Source: Isurus oxyrinchus
Taxonomy: Eukaryota
Length of the DNA stretch: 64,000 nucleotides
Direction of reading: 5' to 3'
NCBI GenBank assembly: GCA_026770705.1
Contig: JANJGN010000030.1
Location: 22,196,001-22,260,000 of the forward strand
Of the stretch, positions 48,040 through 61,327 are shown in pieces (position 1 is the stretch's first letter; the number at the start of each line of letters is the position of its first letter). A program made the position numbers and the translations under genes. The notes beneath the pieces were generated by a model. The model was not told the origin of the DNA. It did no database searches and saw only the letters and a list, made by a program, of their open reading frames with translations.

Positions 48040-48590
48040 TTCTTCCATGGGTTGGGGGCAAGACCAGCATTTGTTGCCCACCTCTAATTGCCCCTTGAGC
48101 TGAGTGTCTTGCTGGGCCATTTCAGAGGGCAGTTAAGAATAAAGCACATTGCAGTGAAGCCACATGTAGGCCAGGCCAGTCAAGGACAGCAGATTTCCTT
48201 TCTTAAAGGACATAAATGAACCAGATGGGTTTTTACGACAATCAATGATGGTTTCACAGTCACCATCACTGAGACTAGCTTTCAATTCCAGATTTGTTCA
48301 TCGATTTCAAACTCTGTGGTGGGATTTGAACCCAGGCCCCCCCAGAGAATTAAAAACAAAAATAAAAATACCTGGAAAAACTCAGCAGGTCTGGCAGCAT
48401 CTGCAGAGAGGAACACAAACTGTGTCCCTCTCCGCAGGTGCTGCCAGACTTGCTGAGTTTTTCCAGGTATTTTTATTTTTGTTTTGGATTTCCAGCAACC
48501 GCAGTTTTTTGCTTTTACCCCCAGAGAATTAGCCTGATTCCCCTGGATTATAGCCCAGGGACATTACCACAATGCTGCCATCAACCCATC
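48040..48590 (-). mobile_element. tRNA-derived SINE (family of 17325-17657) hosting a Penelope insertion
   Basis: CCAGCATTTGTTGCCCA..GAACCAGATGGGTTTTTACGACAATC..GGTGGGATTTGAACCC. Confidence 0.8.
48353..48517. mobile_element. Inverted-repeat Penelope family A pLTR insertion
   Basis: ~60-bp arms form a hairpin, plus a ~33-bp one-sided tail. 14-bp TSD CCCCCAGAGAATTA (48339-48352 / 48518-48531). Confidence 0.85.
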
Positions 48591-50219
48591 AAGCACGCTT
48601 TTGTGCTCTTTGAGTCAACTGAGTGATGTGGGGGTTCAAAACTCACCTGGGATAGTAGCTAAGGTGTCAGGCAAATGTGTTAATTATTCATCTGTTATTG
48701 AAAGTGAAAAAAGGAGAATATCTAGCCTCGTCCGATTTTAAAACAGAGAAAACTTGAGAAGCACAACCAGGTTTGGTGGCCATTTGAATGGAGGAGAAGA
48801 TAGATTTTCCTTCACAACTTAGTCCCAAAGTTTAGTCTTCTGCAATATTGACTCATCGTGATTTCTTCTAAAGTTCCTTAAGATGACATTTGTTTATTTA
48901 AAGTTGTTCAATCAGCATCCCCTTAATCCCGTTAATCTTCCGCCTACTTCGGAGTTTCTGTGACGGGGTACTAGCTACGGATAGGCTAGTGGGCTAGTTT
49001 AATCCTGTGAGGCAGGTCCGCTGCCAGTGGGGATTATAGTAGAGACATGGCTTTAAAAGTTTTAGTTCACCAATTAGCAAGATGTAGCTTTGGTTAGATC
49101 CCCCAATGAAAGGAACTGGGCCCTGTGAAATCATCTTCAAATCCATACCAGTGCACCCACTTTCATATCTAAAAATAAAACAGTAATCCTTTCAGGAAAA
49201 GGAGATGATTCTTGGCTTCATAGGTTACTGAGAATGGCACCTAATTAGGTCCCAAAAGGAAGGTTGGATAAAACTCAAGACAATGAGCACTGCTGTCAAA
49301 GAAAACATAGTTTTGTGCCTTTTATGTGTTAAACATAATGGAATCTTGGATATGTATTCAGTTTGTGTTAAGACCACCTTGTTGATAAATGGATCCCAAG
49401 CCAAATAGCAAAGTATGAAAGTAGATGTGAATCCTTTTCTTGATAGTTGGTTCATTTACAGAATGCAGCATTACATCCGTCTACCTCCTACCTACTAAAC
49501 CAGTCTCCCAGTCTGCCCAAGATACTTAAACAATCAATGCCGCTCACCTGCTTAACTTTAACAATACAATTAACAAAACCATTAACACTCACTCTCAGCC
49601 CGACTCCTTCTTTTCACATGTCATTGAATATATATCAATGTTCTTCTTCCAAACTGTCAGGTTTTTTTTTGGAGTGGTGGGAGTGTCTCAAATAGTTTGA
49701 AGCTGCTGACCAGCTATTACTTCTTTTCTAGGTGAGTGTTTGCGGCTGGTAGTCCATGAGGGAGCTGGGGCCCGTGGATGTGTCTCCTAGCAACAGATAG
49801 AACTCTCAGGTTACCCACCCTCCCGCAATGTCCCGGAGGCTCCTTAAATATTAATAAGAAAGGTCTCGGGGTGGGGTGGTGGTGGTATTAAAGAAAATCT
49901 TGTTGCCATATTTTTGTTGAATGATTTTGATTTCACTGCTAAAGGTGTTGGAGATGGGAAAGGATTGCTGTTTGAAGGATGGTCAAAAATCATCCAATCG
50001 GATAAGGGAGTGAATGTTCACTTTCCAAATGGTGTAGGACTGCAGTGCATCACGAAGATAGGCATGCTGGGTGACCAATGGCGAAGGGCACGGTTGGTTG
50101 GTTGGAGTTCTTGTGATGAAACCTTCAGGGATAGGGTCAAACAGAGTTGACTATCCTACAGAACCTGCAGCAATGGCGGGAATCAAAAGGGGAATAAAAT
50201 AACCACAGATTTAGGGATG

Positions 50220-51140
50220 AAGGGAGAAGGCAAAATGCGTGACACACACACACACACACTGGAAATAAGGATAAAGTGAAAAAGACTTATAAGCCTTGGT
50301 AGGTGCAACACTGAGAACAGCCAAGCAAAGCAGAAAACGGTCAACAGAAATGTTAGTCAGCCACAGGATTTGAATACAAATCAGGTGGAGGATAACGTCG
50401 GGAAGTGTGAGGTTATTCACTTTGGTAGTAAGGTAGAATAAAGGAACATTTTTTAAAAGGCGGTGAAACTTCTAACTTATTGTTCAGAGAGACTTGGGCA
50501 TACTCGTACAAGGAACACAGAAAGGGTATGCAGGTACAGCAAGCAATTAGGAAAGCAGATTGAATTTTGGCCTTTGTGGCAAGGGGATTGGAATACCAAA
50601 ATAAGCAAATCTTTCTGCAGTCGTACAGGGCTTTGGCAAGACCACAACATGGATACTGTGTGCAGCTTACGTTCCTTCATTGTCGCTGCTCCTCCACTGT
50701 CACTGGGTCAAAATCCTGGAACTCACTCCCTAACAGCACCGTGGGTGTACCTACACCGCTTGGACTGTAGTGGTTCAAGAAGACAGCTCACCACCACCTT
50801 CTCAAGGGCAATTAGGGATGGGCAAAAAATAATAGCTTAGCCAGCGACGCTCACATCCCATGAATGAATGAAAAAAACCTTTGGTCTCCATATTTAAGGA
50901 AGAATATACTTGCATTGGCAGTACAGCAAAGGTTCACTAGACTAGGGATGACAGGATTATCCTATGGTGACAGGCTGAGTAAATTGGGCTATATTTTCTG
51001 GAGTTTAGAAGAGTCAAGGGATTTGGGGAGTGGACAGGAAAGTGGAGTTGAGGCAGAAGATCAGCCTTGATTGTATTGAATGGTGGATCAGGCTCAAGAG
51101 GCCCCATAGCCTCCTCCTCCTCATACTACCTATGTTATGT
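50220..51140 (+). mobile_element. CR1 fragment interrupted by a Crack/Daphne-like LINE tail (50668-50878)
   Basis: AFVARGLEYQNKQIFLQSYRALARP..YCVQ and LWSPYLRKNILAL are split by CGTTCCTTCATTGTCGCTG..GGGATGGGC..CACATCCCATGAATGAATGAAAAAA. Confidence 0.8.
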
Positions 51141-51404
51141 CAAGTACCACCTCCACTTCTGGTCCTAAGACACAAGAAAGGCATCCAACACTGGCAGTGG
51201 TGCAGAGATAGCCATAGGGATGATCCCTAGTGACAAAGATCTAAGTTATGAGGAAACGCTAGAGAGAATTGACCTCTTTAACCTGAGAATGATGTGTCTG
51301 GGAGGTACGTTTAGAGCAATTAGTGTTAGTCTAATGGACAGAAAGAATAAATCCAGAATATTACTCAAAATTAAATGGTACTGGGGGGGTCAATGGGACA
51401 TTTC

Positions 51405-51690
51405 TGTAGCCTCTTTCAGGATTTCAGAACATTCCAAAGCAGTCTACAGCCAGGAAAGGACTTTTGAAGTATGGTCACTGTTGTAATGTAGGAAATGCAG
51501 CAGCCAATTTGCACACAGCCAGTTCCCACAAACAACAATGAGATAACGACCAGGTCAAATGTTTTAATGGTGAGGGATAAATATTGGCCAGGACACTGGG
51601 TACAACTCCCTGGCTCTTCTTCAAATGGTGGCACCTCTGACAGTACAGCACTCGCTCCGTACTGCACTTGGAATGCTGGTTTTGAGAATG
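51405..51690 (-). mobile_element. DeuSINE fragment
   Basis: GTAGGAAATGCAGCAGCCAATTTGCACACAGC..GAGGGATAAATATTGGCCAGGACAC. Confidence 0.8.
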
Positions 51691-52449
51691 AGGCCCAAAG
51701 TAAGTAAATAGGAAACTTTGGGGCCGATTTCTCAATTTACTCCTTTGCAAAAGATGATCGATGCACCAAAAGGACTCTTTGATATAGCATTGGAGGCAAG
51801 AAAATTGAACCATATACAAAGCAACTGGATGCTACAAAGAGGTTGAAATATTGCTGGAATCTAGGACATTTCTGAATGGATTCATTAAGATGGGCCAAAT
51901 AGCCTCTCAAATTTGTAATTATCTTTTGCAAGGATAAGAGAGGTCTGGCAATCAGCTAAAATGGATGGGCGTTGGGATAGACAGGGCTGTTAGAGACCAG
52001 CTGGCTTCTAGTTTGAGTTTTGGATAGATGGTGGAAGGAAGCCAAGTGTAACTCTCCGAGGAGATTCTGCGACATTACCTACTTAGAAGCAAAGCTTTTG
52101 CTGCAGCAATAATTACCAATCAGAAGGGAAAATGATGTTCGGACAGCAATGAGTCATTGCTGTTGACTTTGGGTTGTCCTTCGCATCTGTGTGAGGGAAA
52201 ACTTTGTGCCTTTGGCACTGATACCAGTTTGATGCTTAGGAGTTATGAGGCTTTATCACAGCAAGGGTGACAGAGGCTAATGGCAACTATGGAAGGAGCT
52301 CAAAGGAGAAAGGAATTCCTTGCATAATGCGCTGTAATGTTTAAAATTGCTAAACATGACTCTAAAGTAACAAGCTGATAGTTTTTTTCTGCTTTTGTAA
52401 GCACAAGTAGGATTTATTTTTGGTCTTTGTATTTCAGACTAATTATATC

Positions 52450-53830
52450 ACAGTGTGTTTACAGTACAGAAGGAGACCATTCGGCCCATCGAGTGCACTG
52501 GCTCTCTGAAAGAGCATTCCACCTACTCCCACTCCCCTGTCATATCCCCATAACCTGGCACATTCTCTCTTTTCAGGTAGCAATCCAATTCCCTTTTGAA
52601 TACCTCAATCGAGCCTGCCTCCACCACTCTTTCAGGAAGTTTGTTCCAGACTCCAACCACCCTCTGGGTGAAAACATTTTTCCTCGCATCGCATTTACTC
52701 CTTTTGCCAATTATTTTGAACCTGTGCCCTCCAGTTCTTGATGTTCTCTTGAGTGGGAACAGTTTCTCACTAATTAGCCTGTTCATACCCCTCAGGAACT
52801 TGAATACCTCTTTCAAATTTCCTCTCAGCCTTCTTTTCTCCAAGGAAAACAGTCCCAATCTCTCCAACCTATCCTCATTGCCACAGTTCTTCATCCCAGG
52901 AATCATTCTTGTGAATCTCCTCTGTACTCTCTCTAATGCCTTTACATCCTTCCTCAAGTATGGCACCCAGAACTGGGCGCAGTACTCCAGATGAGGCCTA
53001 ACTAGTGTCTTATATAAGTTCAACATGACCTTCCTACTCTTGTACTCAATGCCCCTATTAATAAAGCCTAAGATACTATATACTTTATCAACTGCTCTCT
53101 CAACATGCCCTTCCATCTTCATTGACCTATGTATGTATACACCACACCTCCTTTATTTTACATTATCTCACCATATCTTTCCTGCTGAAATGAATCACCT
53201 CACACTTCTCTGCATTGAACTTCATCTGCCACTTATCTGCCCAGTCCACCAACATGTCTATGTCAGGTTTTGACATTCAAAACTATCCCCATCACAGTTG
53301 ACAACATTTGCTTCATATCATCTGCAAATTTTGAAATCATGCCCACCACAGTCTGGGTCATTAATATATGTCAGGAAGAGCAAGGGTCCCAGCACTGGCC
53401 CCTGAGGAACTCCACTACAAACCTTCTCCAATCTGAAAAACAATCATTTATCACTTCTCACTGTTTCCTGTCACTCAGCCAATTTCTTATCCAAGTGCCT
53501 ATTTTCCTTTTTATTCCATGACCTAGAATTTTGCTCGCTAGTCTGTTGTGTGACACTGTATCAAATGCTTTTTGAAAATCCATATACGCCACATCAGCAG
53601 CATTTCCTTTATCAACCTTCTCTGTCAGCTCCTCAAAAAAACTCCAGCGAGTTGGTTAAACATGGTTTTCCCTTGGTGAACCCATGCTTGCTTTCCTTAA
53701 TTATCCTGCACTTGTCTAAATTATTATTGATTTTATCCCGTACTATAATTTCCAGAAGTTTCCCTACCACTAAGGTCAAACTGAACACCCTGCAGTTGTT
53801 AGCTTTATCCTTGCACCCCTTTTAAAACAA
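52450..53830 (-). mobile_element. CR1 LINE ORF2 3' part
   Basis: ORF 52523-53122: LGFINRGIEYKS..LYKTLVRPHLEYCAQFW..FTQRVVGVWNKLP. Upstream RT remnants (DFQKAFDTV, KFADD). Confidence 0.95.
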
Positions 53831-54384
53831 GGAATATAATCTGTATAAAACTCTAACCATGATGTGGCATTTGTAAATACATTCAGTTGGTAATAGACCA
53901 GAAAAGATCACAGAGCTTGAAAACATGACATTTGACCTTGTCAGCCATCTTAGTGTGTAGTGAATCATAGTGAATCCAGGTCAAAGAGGAGCACTCAGGA
54001 AATGATGGGCACTACTAGGTTCTGCCAATTTTGATACAGGAAGAAATGCTCAGCCCAGTGCTCTACTGAGCCACGGAGAGCAGGGAGGTTCCAGCCTAGA
54101 TCTCCAGTCTGTGCTAAGTTGGAAGACAAGAGCCGGGTTTTTATCAATGGGAAATGCTACAAATGACCTCATTGCTCTTGGGTACTGGATGGGTAAAACA
54201 CAACCATTCCTCATCTACCCCTGGAACATGCACATGGATGAATGTCTGATGGGGACGTGCTAGGGCTTAGCTGTGGTAACTTCCATGGATGAATATCCTG
54301 CCATCACTTACTGGGCATTTCCAGGAAGAATACCCACTTGTGTGAGGTACTGGAAGGTGGCTGTTATGCAAGTGGCCCCCACTA

Positions 54385-54665
54385 ATGGTATGAAGACTAA
54401 GGGACACAGATCTAAGGCTTTGGTCAAGAGATGTAGGGGGAATGTGAGGAAGGCCTTTACACTGTGAATGATAATAGCCTGGAATTCGCTGCCTATAAGG
54501 ATGCTTAAAGTTGAGACAATGTATTATTTTAAGAGGAAATTGGTTGGGCACTAGACAGATACGGGGATCGAGCTGGGGAATGGAGCTGACTGGATTGCTC
54601 TACATAGAGCCAGCATGGACTCAATGGGCTGAATGACCTCCTATGCCTTCATGACTCTATGAATT
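54385..54665 (+). mobile_element. CR1 3' fragment
   Basis: Similar to 12235-12645 and ends ATGACTCTATGA. Confidence 0.75.
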
Positions 54666-56469
54666 TGGGGTCCAGTACAGGCTGCTTCACTCTACCTCTG
54701 GCTGTGCTTTCCTGGACTTGAGTGTTTGCTGCCGACACTGAGGTTAGAAACTGTATTTAGAAACAAGTTGCTTGGTTTCCCAGAACTGATATCCTTCAAC
54801 TTGAGCATAAAAATCTGGCAGTTTTCACTGTAACTGTGTGTAACTCAACACCCACACACTGTCAAAAAGAGTACTTGCACCAGCAATCTCACTTGCTCAT
54901 CATCAGTCATTCTTAAAACTGAGCAAGAAAGAAGCAAAATAGTCAAGTCAATCATTGTTCCTCCCAACTGTCTGAGTCTAACACAGATGATAAAGGTCGG
55001 ACATCAGTCTGGAATTTCCTGAAAACTTGCACCAGGGTGGTGGTGAAGTAACAACCCATTATTCTAAAGCAGAGGTAGCTGGGCAATGGCCTGCAAGGTG
55101 GGGGCAAAATAATGGTGAGGTTCATGGCGTTAATTGTTATCAATGCATAAACCATTCAGTAACTTGTGGCGGAGAAGAGATACTCCAAAAGTTATGAATC
55201 ACTACAAGATGTTGGACAATTCACATTGATTTGCCTATTAGCCTTGCGCAGCCTCTACCCGAGGAACAAGACATTATTGCATTTGCGCATTAATTACCAG
55301 TTAAGCGCAATGCATAAAGTTAGGGCTGTTATTTAACAGCGTAAGGATCCTTTTAATGATGAGATTCATTTTCTTCATTGCCACTCAACCTCTCCCACCC
55401 AAGAAGGGAACAATTGAAACTGTGGATTCCCATTCCTAGAAATAATAAATTATTCTTAGAGAGATTTTTTGTTAAAATGTTTAATTCTAAAACATCTTAC
55501 CTTTTCTTTCTGCCTCTTTTTTCTTCTCTTAATTCAGTCTTTCTTTCTCTCTCTTTATTTCATTTTCTCTACCTGATTCGAAGCCAATTCACCTGATTTC
55601 CGTCTCTTTCATTCTCGTTTCTTTTTCGATCCTTAAATCTCACCGGTTGAGATGTTAGACTGTGGGTCCAGTTGTTCACCTGGGTCCCTGATATCCCCAC
55701 TAGCCAATAATCAGCTCACATCTCCAGAAATTTGATTTGATTGAAGTTTTCAGGTTATTAAGTGGGAGCTGATGAGGTAAATGCAGAGGAACAATATTCA
55801 TTGGTTAGCAAGTCCAGAACCAGAAGCCACAGGCCTTCCAGGAGTGAAATTAGGAAACACTTCTACATGCAAAGGTTAGTTGGGGAGTTCTTGTGACAGA
55901 GTGGGTAGCACCCTGCCTCTAAGCCAGAAACTCTGAGTTTGAGTCGCACTTCAAGGAAAGTGTGTTTATAACATGGACAAACAGGATTTAAAGATTAAGA
56001 AGGGTGTTCAAAGCTGAATTTGTTTCACAAAATAATCTGCTGTTCACTTTCTGATTATGTAGGGGAGTACATTTTATTATAGACTGTCTAACTCCTGGTT
56101 CTCGTTATAAATCAGTTACAAACCCTACATGGCAATGAGAAGCAGGTTCTCAGCAGAAAGGACATTACGAGCAGCACATAAGATGAATACTTAATCATAA
56201 TGTCTAGATTTTACAGCCTGAGATGGAACAATTTTGCAGTTAATGTTCGGTCCTGGTTGCATTAAAATGCCGATAAAAACCTAAAGCATCAAATCCTAGA
56301 ATGTGAAAGTACAGAAAGAAGCCATTCAACCTATTGTACTCGTGCTGGCCTTTTGATGGATCTATCCAATTAGTCTAATTTCTCCCACACCCCCTTTCTC
56401 GAGAGCCCTGCAATTTTCCCTCCCCAACCTTTCAAGAATATATCAAATTGCTTTGGAAATTTATTATTG

Positions 56470-56812
56470 CTGGGAAAACAGACATGCTATCAAAGCTTTT
56501 CGTCTTGCACTCATCAGGACAGACAGAAGAAAGCCAAATTTAAAAGGGAGCAACAATTTCCACTGCACGTGAAAAGGGTGCTGATTGGTTGGCAAGTGGA
56601 CCCTGACTGTTGGAGGCATTCACATGGAGAATGCATCAGGGAACTATTATCCCCCACACTGTTGTTCAATTCAAAAAAGGCACAATGCCTGCAGATGATA
56701 GGTCCCTGCATGTGAATATATGTAGCTTCTAGCAAGCATAAGTGAGCGACTTGAAAATTTTCCATTGCCCTTTCAGGCAGTGCAGTCTAGATCGTAACAA
56801 CTCGCTGTATAA
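56470..56812 (-). mobile_element. Penelope-like family B fragment inside a CR1 remnant
   Basis: Minus strand reads AHLCLLEATYIHMQGPIICR (GIY-YIG C-terminus), followed by pLTR. Confidence 0.8.
56487..56522 (-). ncRNA. Minimal type-I hammerhead ribozyme motif with intact core
   Basis: Reverse complement CTGTC-CTGATGA-GT-GCAAG-AC-GAAA-AGCT-TT-GATAG: stem I CTGTC/GATAG, CUGAUGA and GAAA core, palindromic AAGCTT stem III. Confidence 0.7.
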
Positions 56813-57434
56813 AATAAAATGTTCTCATCTTGCCTCAGGTTCATTTGCCAATTATCTTAAATGTGTCCTCTGCTCCTGCCAGTGGAAAATATTTCTCTAT
56901 ATTTACTCTATTAAAACACCTCATGATTTGGAGCACCTCTATCAAATCTCCCTTTACCCTTCTCTGCTTATTGAGAAGCAGCCATAGCTCCTTTCCTCTT
57001 TCTGCATCACTGATGGGTCCATCCTGGTCAATCTCCTCTGTACATCCTCCAAGTTTTGGTGACCATGTTTGATCTGATGTTAAATCAAGGAAATCTCTAC
57101 GATGGCCGTATTTCCTTGCAGTAAATGAAAACATTGGATGGAGCTTATATTGCAGATTGGATCATCATTCCTTAGTGAGATTGTAAAATGCAGGGAGACA
57201 CTAATTGAATTAAGTTTTAATTAATGAAGTCTACTTTAACTTGAGTACAATTAATTGGGTTTACATTTGTCATAATGTTAAATATATGTCATAAGACAAA
57301 AGTAATTAATAATATTAGACTGTAAATTGTCAGAACATTTGAGGATATGGGTATTACAAGTATATAGGGTAATTAAAAATGAGCAAAGGACATTCTGAGC
57401 GAGCACCCCTTTACAGCTCCTTGGATTAACACCG

Positions 57435-58500
57435 TCAACAACAACAATTTATATTTACATAGCGCCTTTAATGTAATAAAACACCCCTAGGCACTTCACA
57501 GGAGCATTATAAAACAAAGTATATCACCAAGCCACACAAGGAGGTATTAGGTCTGATGACCAAAAGCTTGGTCAAAGAGGTAAGCTTTAAGGCAGGGGTT
57601 CCCAAAGTGTGGGTCGTAACCCCCCATTAGGGCCACCAGAAGAGATTTTGGGGTCAGGAGCTCCGAGGCAGCAATGGCAGGTGCGGAGCTCGGACCGAGT
57701 TTTGACAACTCTGAGGCCCCTTTAAATGGTCATTTTTTGTCTATTGGTTGGCGTGACTTAATCATCTGTTCTCTGAGGCCCAACTGCTGTTACAACCACA
57801 GCCCCTAAAAAAGTGAGGTCTGCATTTCTCTCAGGGCGAACACAGCAGTTTTAAATCACCCCGGTCAACAAATATCTCCTTCGCCCTCCCCACTGCTGAA
57901 CAACGTTCAACCCTCCACGCCACACCCCCCCACACCCAATTTTCACTCCGGGTCACAAGCAACCTGAGGCATTAAAGTGAAGTCACATCAGGAAAGTGTT
58001 TGGGAAGCACTGTTTTCAGGCGTTTCTTATAGGAGGAAAGCAAGTGGGAGAGGCGGAGAGGGTTTGGGAGAGTGTTCCAGTTCTTGGGGCCTAAAGGATT
58101 GAAAGCATGGCCGCCAATGGTGGAGAAATTAAACTCGGGGATGCACAAGGGGCAGATATCTCAGACGGTTGAGGGGCTGGAGGAGGATGTGTCCATGTAG
58201 GGATTTGAAAACAGGGTGAGAATATTAAAATCTAGACATTGTTTGACCGGGAACCAATGTAGCTGACAGAGTACAGAACTGATAGGGTATCGGGACTTGC
58301 TGTGCGTTAAGACACAGGGAGCAGATTTTTGGATGATCTCAAGTTTACAGAGGACAGAATGTGGCGATCAGCCAGCAGCGCATTGGAACAGTCGAGTCTA
58401 GAGGTAACGAAGGCACGAATGAGGGTTGCAGCAGCCAATCAGCTGAGTCAGGAGAAGTCAGCTGGACGATAATGAGATTTACCCTTAGACTTTGATTTTG
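57435..58500 (-). mobile_element. L2 LINE 3' portion; an opposite-strand L2 RT piece follows at ~58625-58720
   Basis: Tail ACAACAACAATTTATATTTACATAGCGCC. The + strand piece reads LSGCLADIQHWLSRNFLQFNIGETKAIL (L2 RT thumb motif). Confidence 0.75.
57593..58012. mobile_element. hAT (Charlie-like) MITE inserted in L2
   Basis: TIRs CAGGGGTTCCCAAAG / GTTTGGGAAGCACTG. Degenerate 8-bp TSD CTTTAAGG / TTTTCAGG (6/8). Confidence 0.75.
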
Positions 58501-58779
58501 GATTGATGCATGAGGAACCGGGCAAACAACAGTCTGAATTCTGACCGTGAGAAAGCAGTGGCAGCAAATTGTCCGTCCTTGTCTTCAAACAGATTATCGA
58601 ATCAGGGTTTGAGCTCTCATTTAAGTTGTCAGGCTGCCTGGCTGACATCCAGCACTGGCTGAGCAGAAATTTCCTCCAGTTTAATATTGGGGAGACCAAA
58701 GCCATTCTGTCCACTGGACTCTGGGTTGAGACAAGTTCTTCCGTCCACAAAGCATTCCCCCAACATCTGGTGCCTCTGT

Positions 58780-60355
58780 TTTAAATTCCAGCCTTTTAAG
58801 CTGGTATTCTCTATCTCGTTCTTTCTCTCTGGCCTGAAATTCCATTTCCAGCTGCCCAAATGCACTTTTTCTTTCTGCTCTTTCCAGTTCAAGTTTAAGT
58901 TTCTCCATTTCTCTTTCAAGTCGCTTCATTTATAACCAAATCCACACCCACCCACACCACCCCCCCCACCCCCCCCCCCCCCCCCCCCCACATAGAATAT
59001 GGTCTTTCTTGTATCCCTTCCAATTTCAAATGCTGCGCTATTACCTCAACTATGTCCGCTTTCCTCACCTCTTCCGCTAATTCTAACTCCAACTTATCGG
59101 CCAAATCCCTTATCTTAGCCTGAGTTACTTTTTGTACTTCCATCTGTAGAAAAGTCTTCACGGCAACTTCCAAAGTCCTGACAGTTACCAATAAATCAGA
59201 AACCTGTCTTTTTATCCTTTAACAATTATTCTTAGTCTGCATCCAATCACTCATTGTCCGGGCTTCAAATCCCATGAGAGGCCCCAATCTTGTTATGGAC
59301 TGAGATAGGAGGAGTGCACCATTAATTCTAGCCCCACTTCTCCACAGGTCGTAACAATAGTTCAAGTGTCTAACTCACCCCTAAAACTGGTCAGTTATTT
59401 ACTTTGATACTATTATTCCCAGCATAAAAAGACTCTAATCAGGCTTCTTTCAGTAAACACAAAAAATTGATTTATTATAAAACAAGCTTTTTTTTACAGC
59501 TTATAAAACTGATTAACATACAAGTTGTAGTTTAGAAGTGTATTGGTTTTCCCCTTAAGAAAAACATTTTCAAATCCGCATACACACACGCAAACACAAA
59601 ACAAAGCAAAACAAACACAGTCCCCTGCAGAGGCTGGAGTATGGGAATGATTCTTTTAAAAGGATAAGATTTGAAAATACCTCGCGCTGTTGATCTAACA
59701 GAATTCTGGTCACAATAGATCTGGAAGTTTCAGATGGATTTTTGGTGAAACTGTCCTTGATGACCCTTGCTTATCACAACTTTGCAGACTTTCAAAAAGG
59801 AACAGATGAGTTATTCTGATGAGGCATTTCTGATGAAAGTTTAGCTCACTCTAGACCACATGTAAAGGTGGGGAAAAGGGAGGGAGAAAGAGAGAGTTTT
59901 CTTCTTGCAGCCTGCTTTTAAGGCATCCATGCACACTCTCTGACTGAGAGTCAAAGAATCAAATGTTCGGAGAATGTTCTCTCAGGCCAGTCGTTTTTAA
60001 ACAATCAGCAAAGGGTCTTTGGCCTGGCCACAGTAGTTCTTTGTTAACTTAGACATACAAAAAACATCTTCCCTTTCCAGGTGCCCCCTGCTGAACATAT
60101 GTCTGTTGACCCATGAGTTTCTTGAAGAATGGCATATTCACAGCACGGAACTAATCTCGCAGACTTTTAAAAATAACTCAGGACAGAGAATGTCCAAAAT
60201 TCAATGTCCGTCAAATTTTCCAAAAATGGGTTCCTCACCCTGGCAATTATGTCATTAGCTATTGGACCTACTGAATATAGTATTCACTTGTTCAGCCTCT
60301 GTTTTCTCATTCAAGCCTGATGCTATCATATATCTTAAAAATATGCTTCATAACG
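58780..60355 (-). mobile_element. Gypsy-type LTR retrotransposon 5' end: LTR, PBS and gag N-terminus
   Basis: LTR ~60355-59291 ending ..CATAACA. PBS TGGGGCCTCTCATGGGAT (59286-59269; 13/18 to the tRNA-Pro PBS, continuing TTGAA). Gag-like LEVAVKTFLQ..KIRDLADKLEL..RKADIVEVIAQHL and coiled coil EMEKLKLELERAE..EKERDREYQLKRLE. Confidence 0.75.
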
Positions 60356-61071
60356 TTCAATTTTGCAACAGTCTGGCCCTTCCATCTGCCTTAATTGGTC
60401 TACCATCCATGACTGTTTGCAACACAGGGGGGAACAGCTTTATTATTTTTTAAAATGGCGCTGCAGTAATTGTTTTTCTTTTTTTTCCTCTTCCCACGGG
60501 ACTTGGCGGGCTCCTGTTACGGTTGCCCAGCCGTTTTAAACTTCAGCGATTCTGCGGAAAATCTTTTGAGTGAATCGTTTTGGCCAGCTAGTTGCTTTCC
60601 TGAGCTCAGAGAGTTGAATTGAAGTTGATTTTTTTTTTTGTTCTGGGTTTGTTTTTTGTGCGCAGGCAGTCGCCATGTGTTATGGCACCAACTCTGGATC
60701 CGGGCTGCAGCGATCCTCAGGCTGCCTTCATTAAAACCATCGGTCTGCCAGTGCTGCCTGATTATTGCGCCGAGTTTAAAAGTTTATTTCAGCCACTTTT
60801 GGGAGTTTGGCTCACCCTTTTAGCGATCTGGCTAGGCTCTTTGAGTGTGTTTTTGATCAGGTGTCGCAACGGAACTCCACATGCTCATTTTACACAGCAC
60901 AGTGGATCTTTCTTCTGTCCCTCAGTCTCCACGCCTGTAATGGGGATCCTTAGGCGATCTCCAGCTATGTATTCGAGGTCTTCAAGTTAGGCGCACTTCT
61001 CTCAGGCCAGACTGCAGTTTCTTTACTCTTCCATTCTTAAGAATTTTGAGGTCCTTCATCTGTTGCCACCA

Positions 61072-61327
61072 TGTTGTAAGGTTGTGTTGTCTCGTGAAGA
61101 TGTCTAGAGGCTTCTATGGTTGAACAATAACTGTTTATTAATAAAACATGACCACACACATAAATACCAGCTACAGCCCTGACTAATTTCTACCTTCATG
61201 CCGACTTCTACTGGACTTTCCACCACACTCCACTACTCCCATGTGACTCTCTACATCGTATTGTGGGCGGGTACCATTTCCCCAGTCCTTCATTAACCCT
61301 TACAGCCCCGAATACCCTGATACTACG
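61072..61327 (-). mobile_element. Possible short solo LTR
   Basis: TGTTGTA...TACTACG termini and TTTATT near the left end. Confidence 0.35.
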
